From positions 20,798,350-20,862,349 of the forward strand of contig NC_068982.1 of the NCBI RefSeq assembly GCF_001194135.2: DNA of 64,000 nt, in the 5' to 3' direction. The DNA comes from Octopus bimaculoides. Taxonomy: Eukaryota. The notes beneath the pieces are model-generated. The model had not been told where the DNA came from and searched no databases. It was given only the letters and a program-made list of their open reading frames with translations. The position numbers and the translations under genes are program-made. Below are positions 13,480 through 26,492 of this stretch, one piece after another (the stretch's first letter is position 1; the number at the start of each line of letters is the position of its first letter).

Positions 13480-14310
13480 AATGAACAGAAATCCAATGCC
13501 ATTACCCGTTCAACTATGCTTGAGGTACGTTCGGACTGGTTCACAAGCCATACACTCTGTTTTGTCATGGAGAACATTTCTCGCTATAGAGAAATGGTGT
13601 AGATTAGACGAGATCAGTTTGCAGCGCCACCTACCTAGACTGTGAGTTGCCACCATTTCGGAGTAGTTGTCCCTTCTTTGGTCTCAAACTCCAGACAGGT
13701 GATGCTGCGAACTGATCAAAGAGATCGTCTCTCTAATGCTATTTCAGTCACCGTACGATGACTGAGGACGCTATGTAGCGAATCACCGTAATTAAATTAT
13801 CGAATGGGATCGCCAATCAGTTATATGTATAAATGCAATGTTATTACCAATCCAATATGCTTGAGAAACGTTCGAACTGCGGAAGAGAGGTGCTGGCATT
13901 TCACAGTCTAGGTAGGTGGCATTGCGAACTGATCTATGTATATTCACACCATTTATCTACAGACAAAACTGTCCTCCATAACAAAACACAACGAATGACT
14001 TTACATACTGTGAGCCGCCGCATAGAGCTCCCGGCCATCGTACGGTAAGTAAAATAGCAAAAAGTGAGACAATCTCTTTGATTGCTTTTCAGGGTCACAT
14101 GTCTGGTGTCTGTGACTGAAGAGGAGACTACTACTTCAAAATGCTGGCAAATGACAGTCTACGTAGACGGCGCTCCGAACTGCTATAATTGTATCCAAAC
14201 CATTTGTTTACAGCGAGAAATTTTCTCCATGACTAAACAATAAAATGCTTGTTCCCCAGTTTGAACGTGCCTCAAGAATTATTTGGACTGGTAATAACAT
14301 TGCATCTAAA
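13480..14310. repeat. Cluster of three diverged copies of a ~150-200 bp unit (one minus, two plus)
   Basis: The block CACAGTCTAGGTAGGTGGCGCTGCAAACTGATCT...CACCATTT...GCGAGAAATGTTCTCCATGAC lies at ~13480-13670 (minus), ~13890-14000 (plus) and ~14125-14310 (plus). Confidence 0.8.
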
Positions 14311-14487
14311 ACTAACATGCAACAGAAAACCTTTTCCTACTTCCATGCTTATATAGTGGAAAATCTACGTTTCGAACATATACTATCAACCCTTGTAAAT
14401 GTTGGTATATTATTGGTTAAACAGTGACATACATCTATTCGTGTATATTGTTTATAATTTTACATAGGGATGTGACTGTATATGCAT

Positions 14488-15280
14488 NNNNNNNNNNNNN
14501 NNNNNNNNNNNNNNNNNNNNNNNNNNNNNNNNNNNNNNNNNNNNNNNNNNNNNNNNNNNNNNNNNNNNNNNNNNNNNNNNNNNNNNNNNNNNNNNNNNNN
14601 NNNNNNNNNNNNNNNNNNNNNNNNNNNNNNNNNNNNNNNNNNNNNNNNNNNNNNNNNNNNNNNNNNNNNNNNNNNNNNNNNNNNNNNNNNNNNNNNNNNN
14701 NNNNNNNNNNNNNNNNNNNNNNNNNNNNNNNNNNNNNNNNNNNNNNNNNNNNNNNNNNNNNNNNNNNNNNNNNNNNNNNNNNNNNNNNNNNNNNNNNNNN
14801 NNNNNNNNNNNNNNNNNNNNNNNNNNNNNNNNNNNNNNNNNNNNNNNNNNNNNNNNNNNNNNNNNNNNNNNNNNNNNNNNNNNNNNNNNNNNNNNNNNNN
14901 NNNNNNNNNNNNNNNNNNNNNNNNNNNNNNNNNNNNNNNNNNNNNNNNNNNNNNNNNNNNNNNNNNNNNNNNNNNNNNNNNNNNNNNNNNNNNNNNNNNN
15001 NNNNNNNNNNNNNNNNNNNNNNNNNNNNNNNNNNNNNNNNNNNNNNNNNNNNNNNNNNNNNNNNNNNNNNNNNNNNNNNNNNNNNNNNNNNNNNNNNNNN
15101 NNNNNNNNNNNNNNNNNNNNNNNNNNNNNNNNNNNNNNNNNNNNNNNNNNNNNNNNNNNNNNNNNNNNNNNNNNNNNNNNNNNNNNNNNNNNNNNNNNNN
15201 NNNNNNNNNNNNNNNNNNNNNNNNNNNNNNNNNNNNNNNNNNNNNNNNNNNNNNNNNNNNNNNNNNNNNNNNNNNNNNNN
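14488..15280. other. Assembly gap
   Basis: Run of N. Other gaps: 24098-25090, 26188-26289, 28738-28893, 34101-34917, 35395-35972, 50641-50650, 52667-53434. Confidence 1.
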
Positions 15281-16792
15281 ATATATTTGTATGTATACGC
15301 TTATCTATATTTCTTTATAGCCAATGTCGGCGTTGAGACCACACAAGATTCACAGACTGTTGCGGTATAGCGTAGACATTAAACGTATCAGGACCATGTA
15401 GATGTGAAATTTCTTAAGTGAGATTAAATGAGACAAATCTCAGGGCAGCAGTGACCCATAAATCTATCAACGTTACTTCCCATTGTCTGGTTTAAATTCA
15501 CTAGGTATATACGAATTAACAATCAAAGTCTTAGACACACTTACATGCACTTACGCACACATATACATATACACATCTATACACATAGGCATGCACATCT
15601 ACACACACACACATATATATACTCACCTAAGAACACACTTAGAGATAAGCTCTGAATATGTAATTTTCATAAATAAAGTAAACTTCATAATGAAGGTTCT
15701 AATGAAGCTATTGGATGTTATCCAGATACTCAACTGATGAGTCTACCGCATTTATGGCACCAACACCTGGGAGCTAATACATTTATTAAGTAACCTTTTT
15801 TTCCGATGTCATCGCTTTGTTCCTTTTTGTTCTCATCTAACATTTTGTTCTGGACCATATTGAACGCTACACCAGATTATTAGTCCTACATCATATTATT
15901 AGGATTATACGTAAGGAGGTACACATTGACGGAAATATGGATACTCTCTACCAATTCCATCCAGAACAGGATGAAATATGAGCCTTCAACTTCGTATTTT
16001 CCATTACGACAAATCTTCTATCTACATCTGCACGTGAAAGTTTCCTACATATGTAGCTTGTCTCCGTTGACGGAATACCCAGTATATAGATATGCCGTTC
16101 AACACATTGTTCCATTACTTGGGATATCCCAGAAACAGTTGCATGACAATTTTTTTTACACTTTTTTACAATTGTTTTACAATTTTTAGTAATTAAATGA
16201 GACGAGTATACTTAACTACGCTGCAAAGTATGGTTAAACTTTAGTCAAGCAGTGAAATATAAGCAGTAAGTATTCGAAGCATTTTTGTTACGCCGTTTGA
16301 ATTATGAAAAAGTGTTCCTTATATATTGCGAGCACTAGAGTCTTTAAACGTATTAAATTCACTAAGTTTTTTCGATTTCTTTGTATTTCCCATAATTTAG
16401 TGCGGTGATGCCTACACCCATAGCTATGATTTGAACAGGGCCATACATAATTTATTATGCAACAGGTAATTTGAAATATTTTAGTCCCAAATTCGTTACC
16501 CGTAGTTATGTAATCTTAGCCTAATTGTGTTATTTAAAGTATAAGACTGATTGTATAACTTTGATTAAATTTTCAAGCTGTTGAACCGCTGTATATGAAT
16601 GCGTTAGACTAGTTATAACACAACATCAATAGATAATATTATTTACTGATACGTAAACAACTGACAGGACACAGTAGTTCGTTTTTACAAGTGCACCATT
16701 TAGAATTATGAACATATGTACTTTCAGTGATGTTTGAACATTCAGAGAATGAGGATTTTTATGAGACCTGATTAAATTACTCTTATTTGCAG

Positions 16793-16798
16793 GGATAG
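16793..16798 (+). other. Candidate 6-nt microexon
   Basis: CTGATTAAATTACTCTTATTTGCAG|GGATAG|GTAAGA has a branch-like site, short pyrimidine tract, AG acceptor and strong donor. No transcript evidence. Confidence 0.2.
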
Positions 16799-18536
16799 GT
16801 AAGAGTCAACGGGGTCGTTATTGTTAGTAAAGCAATGATGATAGTTATTAGAGTTACCTGGATTATGACCATATATATAATCATAATTTATATTGATTTA
16901 TTTTAGAATAATCTTGGATGTTAGCGGGTTAGGTTTTGTCATTCTTAAAGTCAAAGCTTATGTCATCATAGCCACAGCTATATGTGTGTATATATTGCAA
17001 ATTGAAATACGAGAATCCAAAAACTTAGGACTTACTGAGCATGCAGATAAATGTGCAGGTACAGAACAATCAAACTTTACGATTTTACATTGATATAGAT
17101 GTTGCTTTCACCTAATAAAACGCCAAGGATGTTACTGAAGATATATCCTGCATAAAATTGCATCTGCGTTGAAATACCTCTGACAGCGAATCTACCACCG
17201 ACCATTTGCAAAGTTTGTCAAGTGGCGACAATGACTTCTAACTGTTATACTGACAACTATTGTAAATGCTGCTTCTCCTACTACAACCAGCATCCATGTC
17301 TACTTGCCCTTTTACTAAGATCCAGATACTACTGGTACTAACAATTAGAAGTAAACGAAACACTGCACTGAGTAATTTTTTAAAAGAAACATTTAAACGT
17401 CCAGATATAATGAAACATTCATTTAACTCAAATCATTTGAATTCCATTTTTGTTCTTTTATTCCGACCTTAAAAATGTCCTTTTAAAGTTATTAAAGCCG
17501 CTTACTGCTTATTACAAAAATTTAAAAAAACGTAGATTCTTTCTGTAATTTATGCGCATAATTTATAGTATGGATCCCATAATCATGAAAGACAGATTCA
17601 TCTCTAAAGCTATATTTTTCTCCCGTTCCTACAAAACAAATGACCTTAAATACATATCTCTTTGTTTCGAAAGCTGTAAATGTGAGAAACTAAATGTCTG
17701 GAAAATACTTTTGACTGCATATATATTCAGAATAAATTTCATGGCAATACGTATTCCGAAGAGACTATGTACTTTTGTTTTGAATATAATTTCCGAGTTT
17801 CACACTATTCGTCGTCTTGCCGCGAAGAAAGCATTATCACCTCTGTTTCCATCGCTAGTATATCCTAGAAGTTATATTGTCAACATGTTATTAAAATTAT
17901 AATATTTATTCCCATTTGGACATTATTAAGTTATGCAGATATTTATTTCTCGCCATCCGACGATACAAAAACATCATATTTCACTGAAGTTAAATTTATC
18001 CAGATACTTCCTGTGGAATCAATAATCGTGTGAAACCAATGAAGATAAAGTGAATTTTCGAGTTTAATATTCTAAAGCTTGTGTAACGTCTTTCAATATA
18101 GCATTGACCTTTAAGAATATATATTGAATTTTCCTCTTCAATATCAATCTATTGAAGATCAGAACCAGCAGCAGAGTTATATTGGTTGGTATGTTTTCTT
18201 TGACCTATTCGAATAGTTTTCCATATCGCGAAACTTTATTCATATGTTCAAGTATATTGCCAACAATATGTTAAAATAAGACAAAAAAACACGTACGATA
18301 TATTAATCTAACTATAAAATGTATATTAGATAACTTTGAATCAGGTTTGTAGAATGATTTGAGTGTACACCAGTTGTACACTGAGAGTAATCACAACATA
18401 TTGAATATAACTGGTATTTGTGGACAATGTAAGATACTCTACTCGATGATCACATATGGTACACATTCTTGCAAAAGCTTCAACTAAATTTTCATCTAAA
18501 AATCCATATATTCTTGGAATACTGATATAGAACACA

Positions 18537-18539
<3 letters not shown>

Positions 18540-18616
<77 letters not shown>
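18540..18616. repeat. (AT)n microsatellite
   Basis: Read directly. Confidence 0.95.
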
Positions 18617-18620
<4 letters not shown>

Positions 18621-19004
18621 CAAAACATAATTAAAGGATCAGCAAAAGTTGCTTCACGGCATACCGAAATTTAGAAATAGCAGTCAAACTACTAATTCTT
18701 CTACTACAATATATCTCCACAGACAGTAATACTCGTAACATACATAGGCAAAAAGAAGAAAAAATAACGAAACCAACCAGCCTTAGTTAATCATGTACGC
18801 GTTTCCGGATTAGAATGGTATAAAATTCACTTCCTTCTTCAGCATGATATTCCAGATTATAAATTTGAAACTGTTTTCTTTTTTGCCTATGTAAGTTACG
18901 AGTCTGAGGAGATATATTGTAGCAGAAGGATTAGTAGTTTCACTGCTATTTCAAAATGTCGGTATGTGGTGAAGCAACTTGTGCTGATCCCTTAATTATG
19001 TTTA
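18621..19004. mobile_element. MITE with ~125-bp TIRs and TA target-site duplication (Tc1/mariner-like)
   Basis: Left AAACATAATTAAAGGATCAGCAAAAGTTGCTTCAC...ATAGGCAAAAAGAA matches the reverse complement of ~18875-19004. TA flanks both ends (18619-20, 19005-06). Confidence 0.85.
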
Positions 19005-19119
19005 TAATCATGAAAAAAAACAAAAAAACTTTTATATAAGTTATTACCGATAATGGTTTTTTTTTCCATTCCGAACTACTTGGTAAAACTATTAATTATT
19101 AAATTAATAAAGAATATAT

Positions 19120-19184
19120 ATATATAAAGAGAGAGAGAGAGAGAAAGTGAGAGATCGCACACCTATACAAACGCATACACACAT

Positions 19185-19217
<33 letters not shown>

Positions 19218-19221
19218 CACA

Positions 19222-19275
<54 letters not shown>
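19120..19275. repeat. (AG)/(AC)/(AT) compound microsatellite
   Basis: Read directly. Confidence 0.9.
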
Positions 19276-19904
19276 AGTAATAACAATAATTCAAGGATGG
19301 AATTTATAATTGTTCAATACATCGTAACGCACGTTTCCACAAATCATATGACATTAACATCAGAGTCCGTATCCTTGGGATGATTACGGTATAGTCCGAA
19401 ATTATCCGTAGTCCTCCGGTCAATCATTGTTAGTGATTCACTTCATCAGGCAATAAGTCGATGAACCACAGAGAGCTGTTTATTCCTTGTTACCAATATG
19501 GAGGGTAGCTAGATTGGTCTTCATACTGGCAAAACGGGATAAACACCCTCTGTGATTCGCCCACTAATGCAGTATCACCTGAGAAAATAAATCAATGACG
19601 ATGATGAATCGGAAGCCCACAGATACTACGGACTATATTGTAATCATCACAAGAATACTAACTCTGGTGTTAAAGTCATGTAATACGTGGAAACACATGT
19701 AGCGATGTATTAAATATTTATAAATTCCATCCTAGAATTATTGTTATTTATCATATTTATTCTCCATTATATCTGTATGATCACGATGCAAACCCGAAAA
19801 ACTGACTCTCTATTGAGTATAATTAGACGGTAGCCGGCATCCTGAAAGAGGAGCTTTATTCACATACCCTCAACGTTACCATAAAGGAATTTAAAATATA
19901 TATT

Positions 19905-19930
19905 ATGCGTGTGTGTTTGTTTGTGTGTGC

Positions 19931-19974
<44 letters not shown>
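19905..19974. repeat. (GT)n microsatellite
   Basis: Read directly. Confidence 0.95.
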
Positions 19975-19978
<4 letters not shown>

Positions 19979-20837
19979 AATCATTAGCATCCTGAAGAAC
20001 TAAGAGAAAAAATAAGATAACCCATTTGCAGTTAATTCGTCTACTTTTATACGAAGGTGCATACTGTGTATAAGTAACTCACACACACATCGTATACATG
20101 CATGTATATGCGCACATAAAATTGCATAGGTACATAACGATGAACCACAAACTAATTTTCTGATCAATAAGATTTCAGATGCGTTGTAATCAGTAAATTG
20201 CATCCTAGATTTAAATACTTTTTAAGCCGTTAATTGATATCCAACTGGAGTGCTTACAGTGTGTTATTTTCTATTCCCTGACATCTTATTGTGTTACGGC
20301 CGATGCAGATGGTATGTTAGTATATGAATTTCGCATAAAAGATAGAAGGACCATTAAGTCATATGTTTCGTTCGAAGCGGAAATTTTTGTCATCAAATAT
20401 GAAACATATTTAAATACACAATCTGGTCTTAGAATCGGCAGTACGCCGGATGAATTGCTGAGTGGCATTTTTTCTATCTTCATGTTCTGAATTGAAATAT
20501 GTCGAGTTTAATTTTACCTTTCTTCATTTCAGATTTGTAATGAGATAAATATTTACGCAATTCTGAAGTATTGTTGGCACGAATTTGCCTACAAACGGCA
20601 TAATTGCATCTGTGATTTTCATATATTAATTTCTGCTACACATGTATGCGTAGGTGGGAAGAATTATATCTCCCTTAATTTTTTTCTGTCTTACGGTCCC
20701 AAAATATTCAGTAAATGCATATACATTACAGCGCGTGCACGTTTGTGTTTGCAGTTGTTTTGTCTGAGTTGCAAGGCGTGGAATTACTAAAGGTTTCGGG
20801 ACAACTTTCTTGTTTCTCTCCATGCAAGTTTCGTATT

Positions 20838-20863
20838 GTCACACACACACACACACAAACACA

Positions 20864-20907
<44 letters not shown>

Positions 20908-20920
20908 CACACACACACAC
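20838..20920. repeat. (AC)n microsatellite
   Basis: Read directly. Confidence 0.95.
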
Positions 20921-20939
20921 TGGAATATATCATTTTCTT

Positions 20940-21190
20940 ATTTTACTTGTTTCAGTCGTCTGACTGCCGTCATGCTAGAGCATCACTTTGAAGGATTTTG
21001 GTCAAACAAATCGACACGAGGACTCATTTTTCAAACCCAGTAATCGATTTACCGGTTTTATTTACCGAACAGCTAAGTTATGGTTTTGGTCGGCCCTAGT
21101 TCATAGTAGAAGAGGCTCGCCTTAGGTGCCACGTAGTGGGACTGAACTCCAAACTGTGAAGTGGAGAAGCAAGTATCTTACCACGCAGCC
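20940..21190 (-). mobile_element. OR-type SINE copy with internal deletion
   Basis: The tail TTTACTTGTTTCAGTC...CATGCTAGAGCA and head GTGGGACTGAACTCC match 5741-6217; the internal microsatellite section is missing. Confidence 0.75.
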
Positions 21191-21196
21191 AACTAT

Positions 21197-21257
21197 GTGC
21201 GCATGCGTCTATATATGTATGCGTATACATATGTAAATATGTATGTGCATGTATATG

Positions 21258-21321
<64 letters not shown>

Positions 21322-21386
21322 CATACATATACATGCACATACATATTTACATATGTATACGCATACATATATAGACACATGCGTAC
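21197..21386. repeat. Near-perfect ~190-bp palindrome centred on (AT)n
   Basis: 21201-21264 equals the reverse complement of 21319-21382 with one mismatch in 64 bp. Confidence 0.9.
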
Positions 21387-22163
21387 AAAGGAAAGCAATC
21401 GCAAGCACACAAACACACTTACATAGATATATATGTAAAGACAGGAAAAAAAATGGAGCGAATACTCATCTACGAGCAGAATATACCATCGATGTGATGG
21501 CTTATTGGAAATATATGATCTATTGCCGCTCATCTTTGATGACGTCGAAGGATTAAATACTGAAAAGAAAACAAAAGAAAAAAGATCATATGCATAATGA
21601 TTACTATATTTTGCCAGATCCCTAATCGATTCTATTGGCACCATTTTCTGTTGTTTCCAAACAAAATATAACGAAGGCAACGACTTCACAGGTTTATTTC
21701 CGATACATGCTCTTTGTTAAATATTCTCAAGTTCTCAAGGGAAGACGCTTATCGTTATGAAGTTAGCGAGCCGTATTGTGCAGTATTATATCGAAGCACA
21801 AAAGAACGTTACTTGATATTCAATATCACACGCCCGAATATCATTCATTGATGATATTTTGCTACAGTATCTGAAAAACAAAAGAAATCGATAGAATTTT
21901 ATATTTTCCGAAAAAATAACGTCGATCCCCAAAATGCATGAATGAGTGAATGAATAAATAAAACTAGATAACAAATAATGTAATTGAAATCTATCATCTC
22001 CATGGCAGTAATACATTACTGATTTTGCAGAGTGTTCTTCATACATCATAATTCTTGTAACATTCCTTGTAACATTCTATCGTGGCCAATACTCTTTCTC
22101 TTTGTGGTGTGAAGTATATTTCTACACAGAACAAAAAAGTGTATATAAAATGGTATATCCGAA

Positions 22164-22219
<56 letters not shown>
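22164..22219. repeat. (ACT)n microsatellite
   Basis: Read directly; it gives the poly-Tyr ORF. Confidence 0.95.
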
Positions 22220-22236
22220 CAGTCATATCTGAAATG

Positions 22237-22460
22237 CAGTAATACCTCGTCTATCGCGGGTATTGCATTCCAAAATCACACGCGGTAGGTGAAAATCCGT
22301 GAAGTAGAAACAGTACTGTAATGTATAGGTTTCTTTAATTATTTTTATAATTTGTATATATTTATTTTATTATAAAAGCAAAACAACGCCACGGAGGAAT
22401 CGACGTAAGCTTTTATAATAAACCGCGATAAGCGAACCGCGATATAGCGAGGTATTACTG
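22237..22460. mobile_element. Tigger/pogo-like MITE
   Basis: Left TIR CAGTAATACCTCGTCTATCGCGG; the right end reverse-complements to CAGTAATACCTCGCTATATCGCGG. TA on the right and TG on the left suggest a mutated TSD. Confidence 0.8.
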
Positions 22461-25400
22461 TATATCTTTTAGAAAGACGGTGTGAGTCCTAGCGTCTAAA
22501 TCTACCACATACGCATGAAATAAATCCACTTGATTATCGATAAATGTTCAATCAATGATATTATAGTGATGAAAACTAGAAACAAAATGTACATTTCTTT
22601 GTAACGAATAGTTATCGTTAAGGTTCATATTTGAAGCCAATTCAAATTTACTATAGAAAAATGTGCCTGTCCTATACAGATACACATGCATCATCTGCCT
22701 GGGAGGACATATAAACAATAGCGAAAGTATGCTGTACCGAAATAGTTTCCTACATTCTATGAGCAAAAAAAAGGACAGCTCTGAATTTCAATTTATAAAT
22801 CGATTTATAGCGTTCAAGTAACATATTTCTTTGCATACGTTGTGCATGATGGCACATTCATCTATATTAGTTATTGTCATAATCTGATTCCTAGGTGAGC
22901 AAAGTTAAAGAAAGTACAAAATCTAGTCAAGATTGTCTTGACTTTGAATATACGCGTCATTTATTTTCTGTAGATATGGTGCACTTCGAAAAGAATTTGC
23001 ATTGGAAGCACTAGAGAATGTTTTCCATTTGGTCTTTTTTGTGTCACCGATAAATATGAAGAATTTGCAAACTTGAAATAGTATATATTTATCAAACCCT
23101 ACTAACCATCTCAATCTGATATTTTTTTAATTTAATTATTGATTTTCAGGTGTAGTATAGAAGAGAAATAATTGGTATCACTGTCACTATGAATTTACAA
23201 GCTTCGGATATGTGTTTCAGTTTCATTCGCATCTTAAACATAGGACAGTGTGAAATGTAATAAAATGAATTTAGGTCATATTGAAAATGCGATTAATCTT
23301 TCAGAAAAGGAAATGTGAAACTGATATTTAAGTTTATGTCTGGTGCAAGATGATATGCTTCGATGTATATTACTCCTTAGAGACGCCCTAGCTTATGCAC
23401 ATAGAGATAATTTTATTTACAGGTATACTCTAATATCAATTGATCACAGTTGATATGTGATAGTTTGCTGGAAAGCAATCTACACGAGAAAAAAATTATG
23501 AACTTGGAAACATTTTCAATGGTCGATTCAACTGATCACCGGTTCAGTACGAATATATTTACAAATTACAACACCTACAACGTAAAGTTTAACCTACCTG
23601 AAAGACTTGAGGCCTCGCTCTCTATACCTATGAAGGTATATATGTGTACTACCTATCTGTCCATACATCTTTGATTACAATCTGCATTTCACACTTTCTA
23701 CATTTACACAAGCACGCGTGTGCACTCACTTACTCTCTATATATGAATATATGAATATACAAATATGTACGTGATATGCATGACTATGCACACACGTTCA
23801 GACATATACATCCATATTATATCTATATTCACCTATCGACATCTACCTCTTTTTATATGTTTGCATATATATATATATAATATAAAATGCCAGGATTTAT
23901 AAAAGGGGTCCTAACGTATATTATTTATAAGATTTGAAGGCTTATAGCAGAGAACTAGCTCGTTGGACTCCTGTAAGAAGCTTACCGAACTTTCAATTGC
24001 ACAGGACCTAATGAAACTGTTTTTTCAAATAATCTCTTACTCACTCAACTCCCTCTCTCCCTTCCTCCATCCCTCACCCTCTCCCTCACTCTCTGTCNNN
24101 NNNNNNNNNNNNNNNNNNNNNNNNNNNNNNNNNNNNNNNNNNNNNNNNNNNNNNNNNNNNNNNNNNNNNNNNNNNNNNNNNNNNNNNNNNNNNNNNNNNN
24201 NNNNNNNNNNNNNNNNNNNNNNNNNNNNNNNNNNNNNNNNNNNNNNNNNNNNNNNNNNNNNNNNNNNNNNNNNNNNNNNNNNNNNNNNNNNNNNNNNNNN
24301 NNNNNNNNNNNNNNNNNNNNNNNNNNNNNNNNNNNNNNNNNNNNNNNNNNNNNNNNNNNNNNNNNNNNNNNNNNNNNNNNNNNNNNNNNNNNNNNNNNNN
24401 NNNNNNNNNNNNNNNNNNNNNNNNNNNNNNNNNNNNNNNNNNNNNNNNNNNNNNNNNNNNNNNNNNNNNNNNNNNNNNNNNNNNNNNNNNNNNNNNNNNN
24501 NNNNNNNNNNNNNNNNNNNNNNNNNNNNNNNNNNNNNNNNNNNNNNNNNNNNNNNNNNNNNNNNNNNNNNNNNNNNNNNNNNNNNNNNNNNNNNNNNNNN
24601 NNNNNNNNNNNNNNNNNNNNNNNNNNNNNNNNNNNNNNNNNNNNNNNNNNNNNNNNNNNNNNNNNNNNNNNNNNNNNNNNNNNNNNNNNNNNNNNNNNNN
24701 NNNNNNNNNNNNNNNNNNNNNNNNNNNNNNNNNNNNNNNNNNNNNNNNNNNNNNNNNNNNNNNNNNNNNNNNNNNNNNNNNNNNNNNNNNNNNNNNNNNN
24801 NNNNNNNNNNNNNNNNNNNNNNNNNNNNNNNNNNNNNNNNNNNNNNNNNNNNNNNNNNNNNNNNNNNNNNNNNNNNNNNNNNNNNNNNNNNNNNNNNNNN
24901 NNNNNNNNNNNNNNNNNNNNNNNNNNNNNNNNNNNNNNNNNNNNNNNNNNNNNNNNNNNNNNNNNNNNNNNNNNNNNNNNNNNNNNNNNNNNNNNNNNNN
25001 NNNNNNNNNNNNNNNNNNNNNNNNNNNNNNNNNNNNNNNNNNNNNNNNNNNNNNNNNNNNNNNNNNNNNNNNNNNNNNNNNNNNNNNNNNCATTTATCTT
25101 TCAATGGCAATGATATCCTCAGTGGGGTTTCGTATATATTATCGCCGGATACATTTTCAATAAATTATGAATAAATCATATGAGATTTTATGCTTAACTT
25201 CCCACACTCTCATTTAAGTTTATTTGTACACAAAAGAAGAGAACATTTTTTTTCACCACAGGATTCCATTTTCCACAAATATCAGAAACTATTAATTTCA
25301 CAATTGTCAGTGTGTCATCCAATATTTCAGTTAATATATTTTGCGATGTCTTTGTATTTATAAATATGATTGTGAATCTTCGGATAATAAAATTTTATAC

Positions 25401-25679
25401 AATCAGTAGCAAAACACAGCGTACAAATAAAATAACATATAGAAGTATAGAATAAATACACTCTCCCATCATTCATACAGGCAAACATATACACCTACAG
25501 AAACAAATACACTACTGTACACACATAAACGCATTTTGTTTGTGTGACTATTTTAATGTTTATATGTATACGTGTCTATGAAACGTGTACAGTATTTTGG
25601 GAGTAGAAATTCCTACGCAGTATACGAACTGCAACTGTGTTTTTATCTGCATTGCATTTGTGAAGATTAATTTGCGAAC

Positions 25680-26460
25680 TTTCGTAGTTTACGTTCTTGC
25701 ACTGTGTATAGTCTGCGAGTCGTATGAACTTCTTTCTTACACTCAAAAGAGACTCCTTTTACATTGATCAGAGGCGTGTTCTTGTTTTTAAAATTTTACC
25801 ATTATTGTTTAGTCTAAAGTATATTGTTCTGCAGTCTTTCTTCATTCGGGAAGAGCAGGCGCGTTTCCTCTACGCAGTAGCTACCGCGAAGATGTTACTG
25901 TGGAAGTTCAGAGTGAAAGGGATCGTGACGGGCACTTTCATTTCTAGCCTTGGGTTGGTGAACCTTTTCCTTTTCCATATGTAAAGGAAAATAAGGATGG
26001 AGAGAAGATGCCTGTCGCCCGGAATATTTCAGAATTGATGGACGACTGTAGCAAGAGTTTTGAGAGTAGATGAACCTGTTTGAGCGAGGAATTAAAGAGT
26101 TTACGAAAGGATTCAGTGTTGGAATGTGGTTTTAGGGTTGGCTACGTTCCTCACTTCGTTAATATTTCTTCATTCATTTTTAATTGTNNNNNNNNNNNNN
26201 NNNNNNNNNNNNNNNNNNNNNNNNNNNNNNNNNNNNNNNNNNNNNNNNNNNNNNNNNNNNNNNNNNNNNNNNNNNNNNNNNNNNNNNNNGGGTTGGCTAC
26301 GTTCCTCACTTCGTTAATATTTCTTCATTCATTTTTAATTGTTATTCGAATTTTATACACAATTATCATCGATTATACGTTCCATTAGTCTCGCGAACCT
26401 TTGTCTGTCCTTGAATCGTCCACTCTATATTTCGACCTTTATGGTTAATAGAGAAATTAC
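25680..26460 (+). mobile_element. L1/Tx1-type LINE 3' end (ORF2 C-terminus plus 3' UTR)
   Basis: EEQARFLYAVATAKMLLWKFRVKGIVTGTFISSLGLVNLFLFHM*RKIRMERRCLSPGIFQN*WTTVARV fits the L1/Tx1 ORF2 C-terminal pattern (AK..LW..R...RI..E...F...W). The T-rich UTR ends ...AATAGAGAAAT. Confidence 0.7.
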
Positions 26461-26492
26461 TGTATTTACTAGTTCATGTATTGTATTCTGTA

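Noticed and set aside
14424-15336. Long ORFs over gaps (also 24, 34, 35 and 52.6 kb)
   Set aside because: They are open only because N runs contain no stops.
15728-15770. CTGATGAG motif
   Set aside because: No downstream stem II or GAAA.
20215-20490. 91-codon open frame with an internal GTATGT donor
   Set aside because: No recognisable domain; a few frames of this length are expected by chance in 64 kb.
26135-26342. Identical 53-bp direct repeat either side of a 102-N gap
   Set aside because: Exact duplication at both gap edges is the signature of unmerged overlapping contigs.
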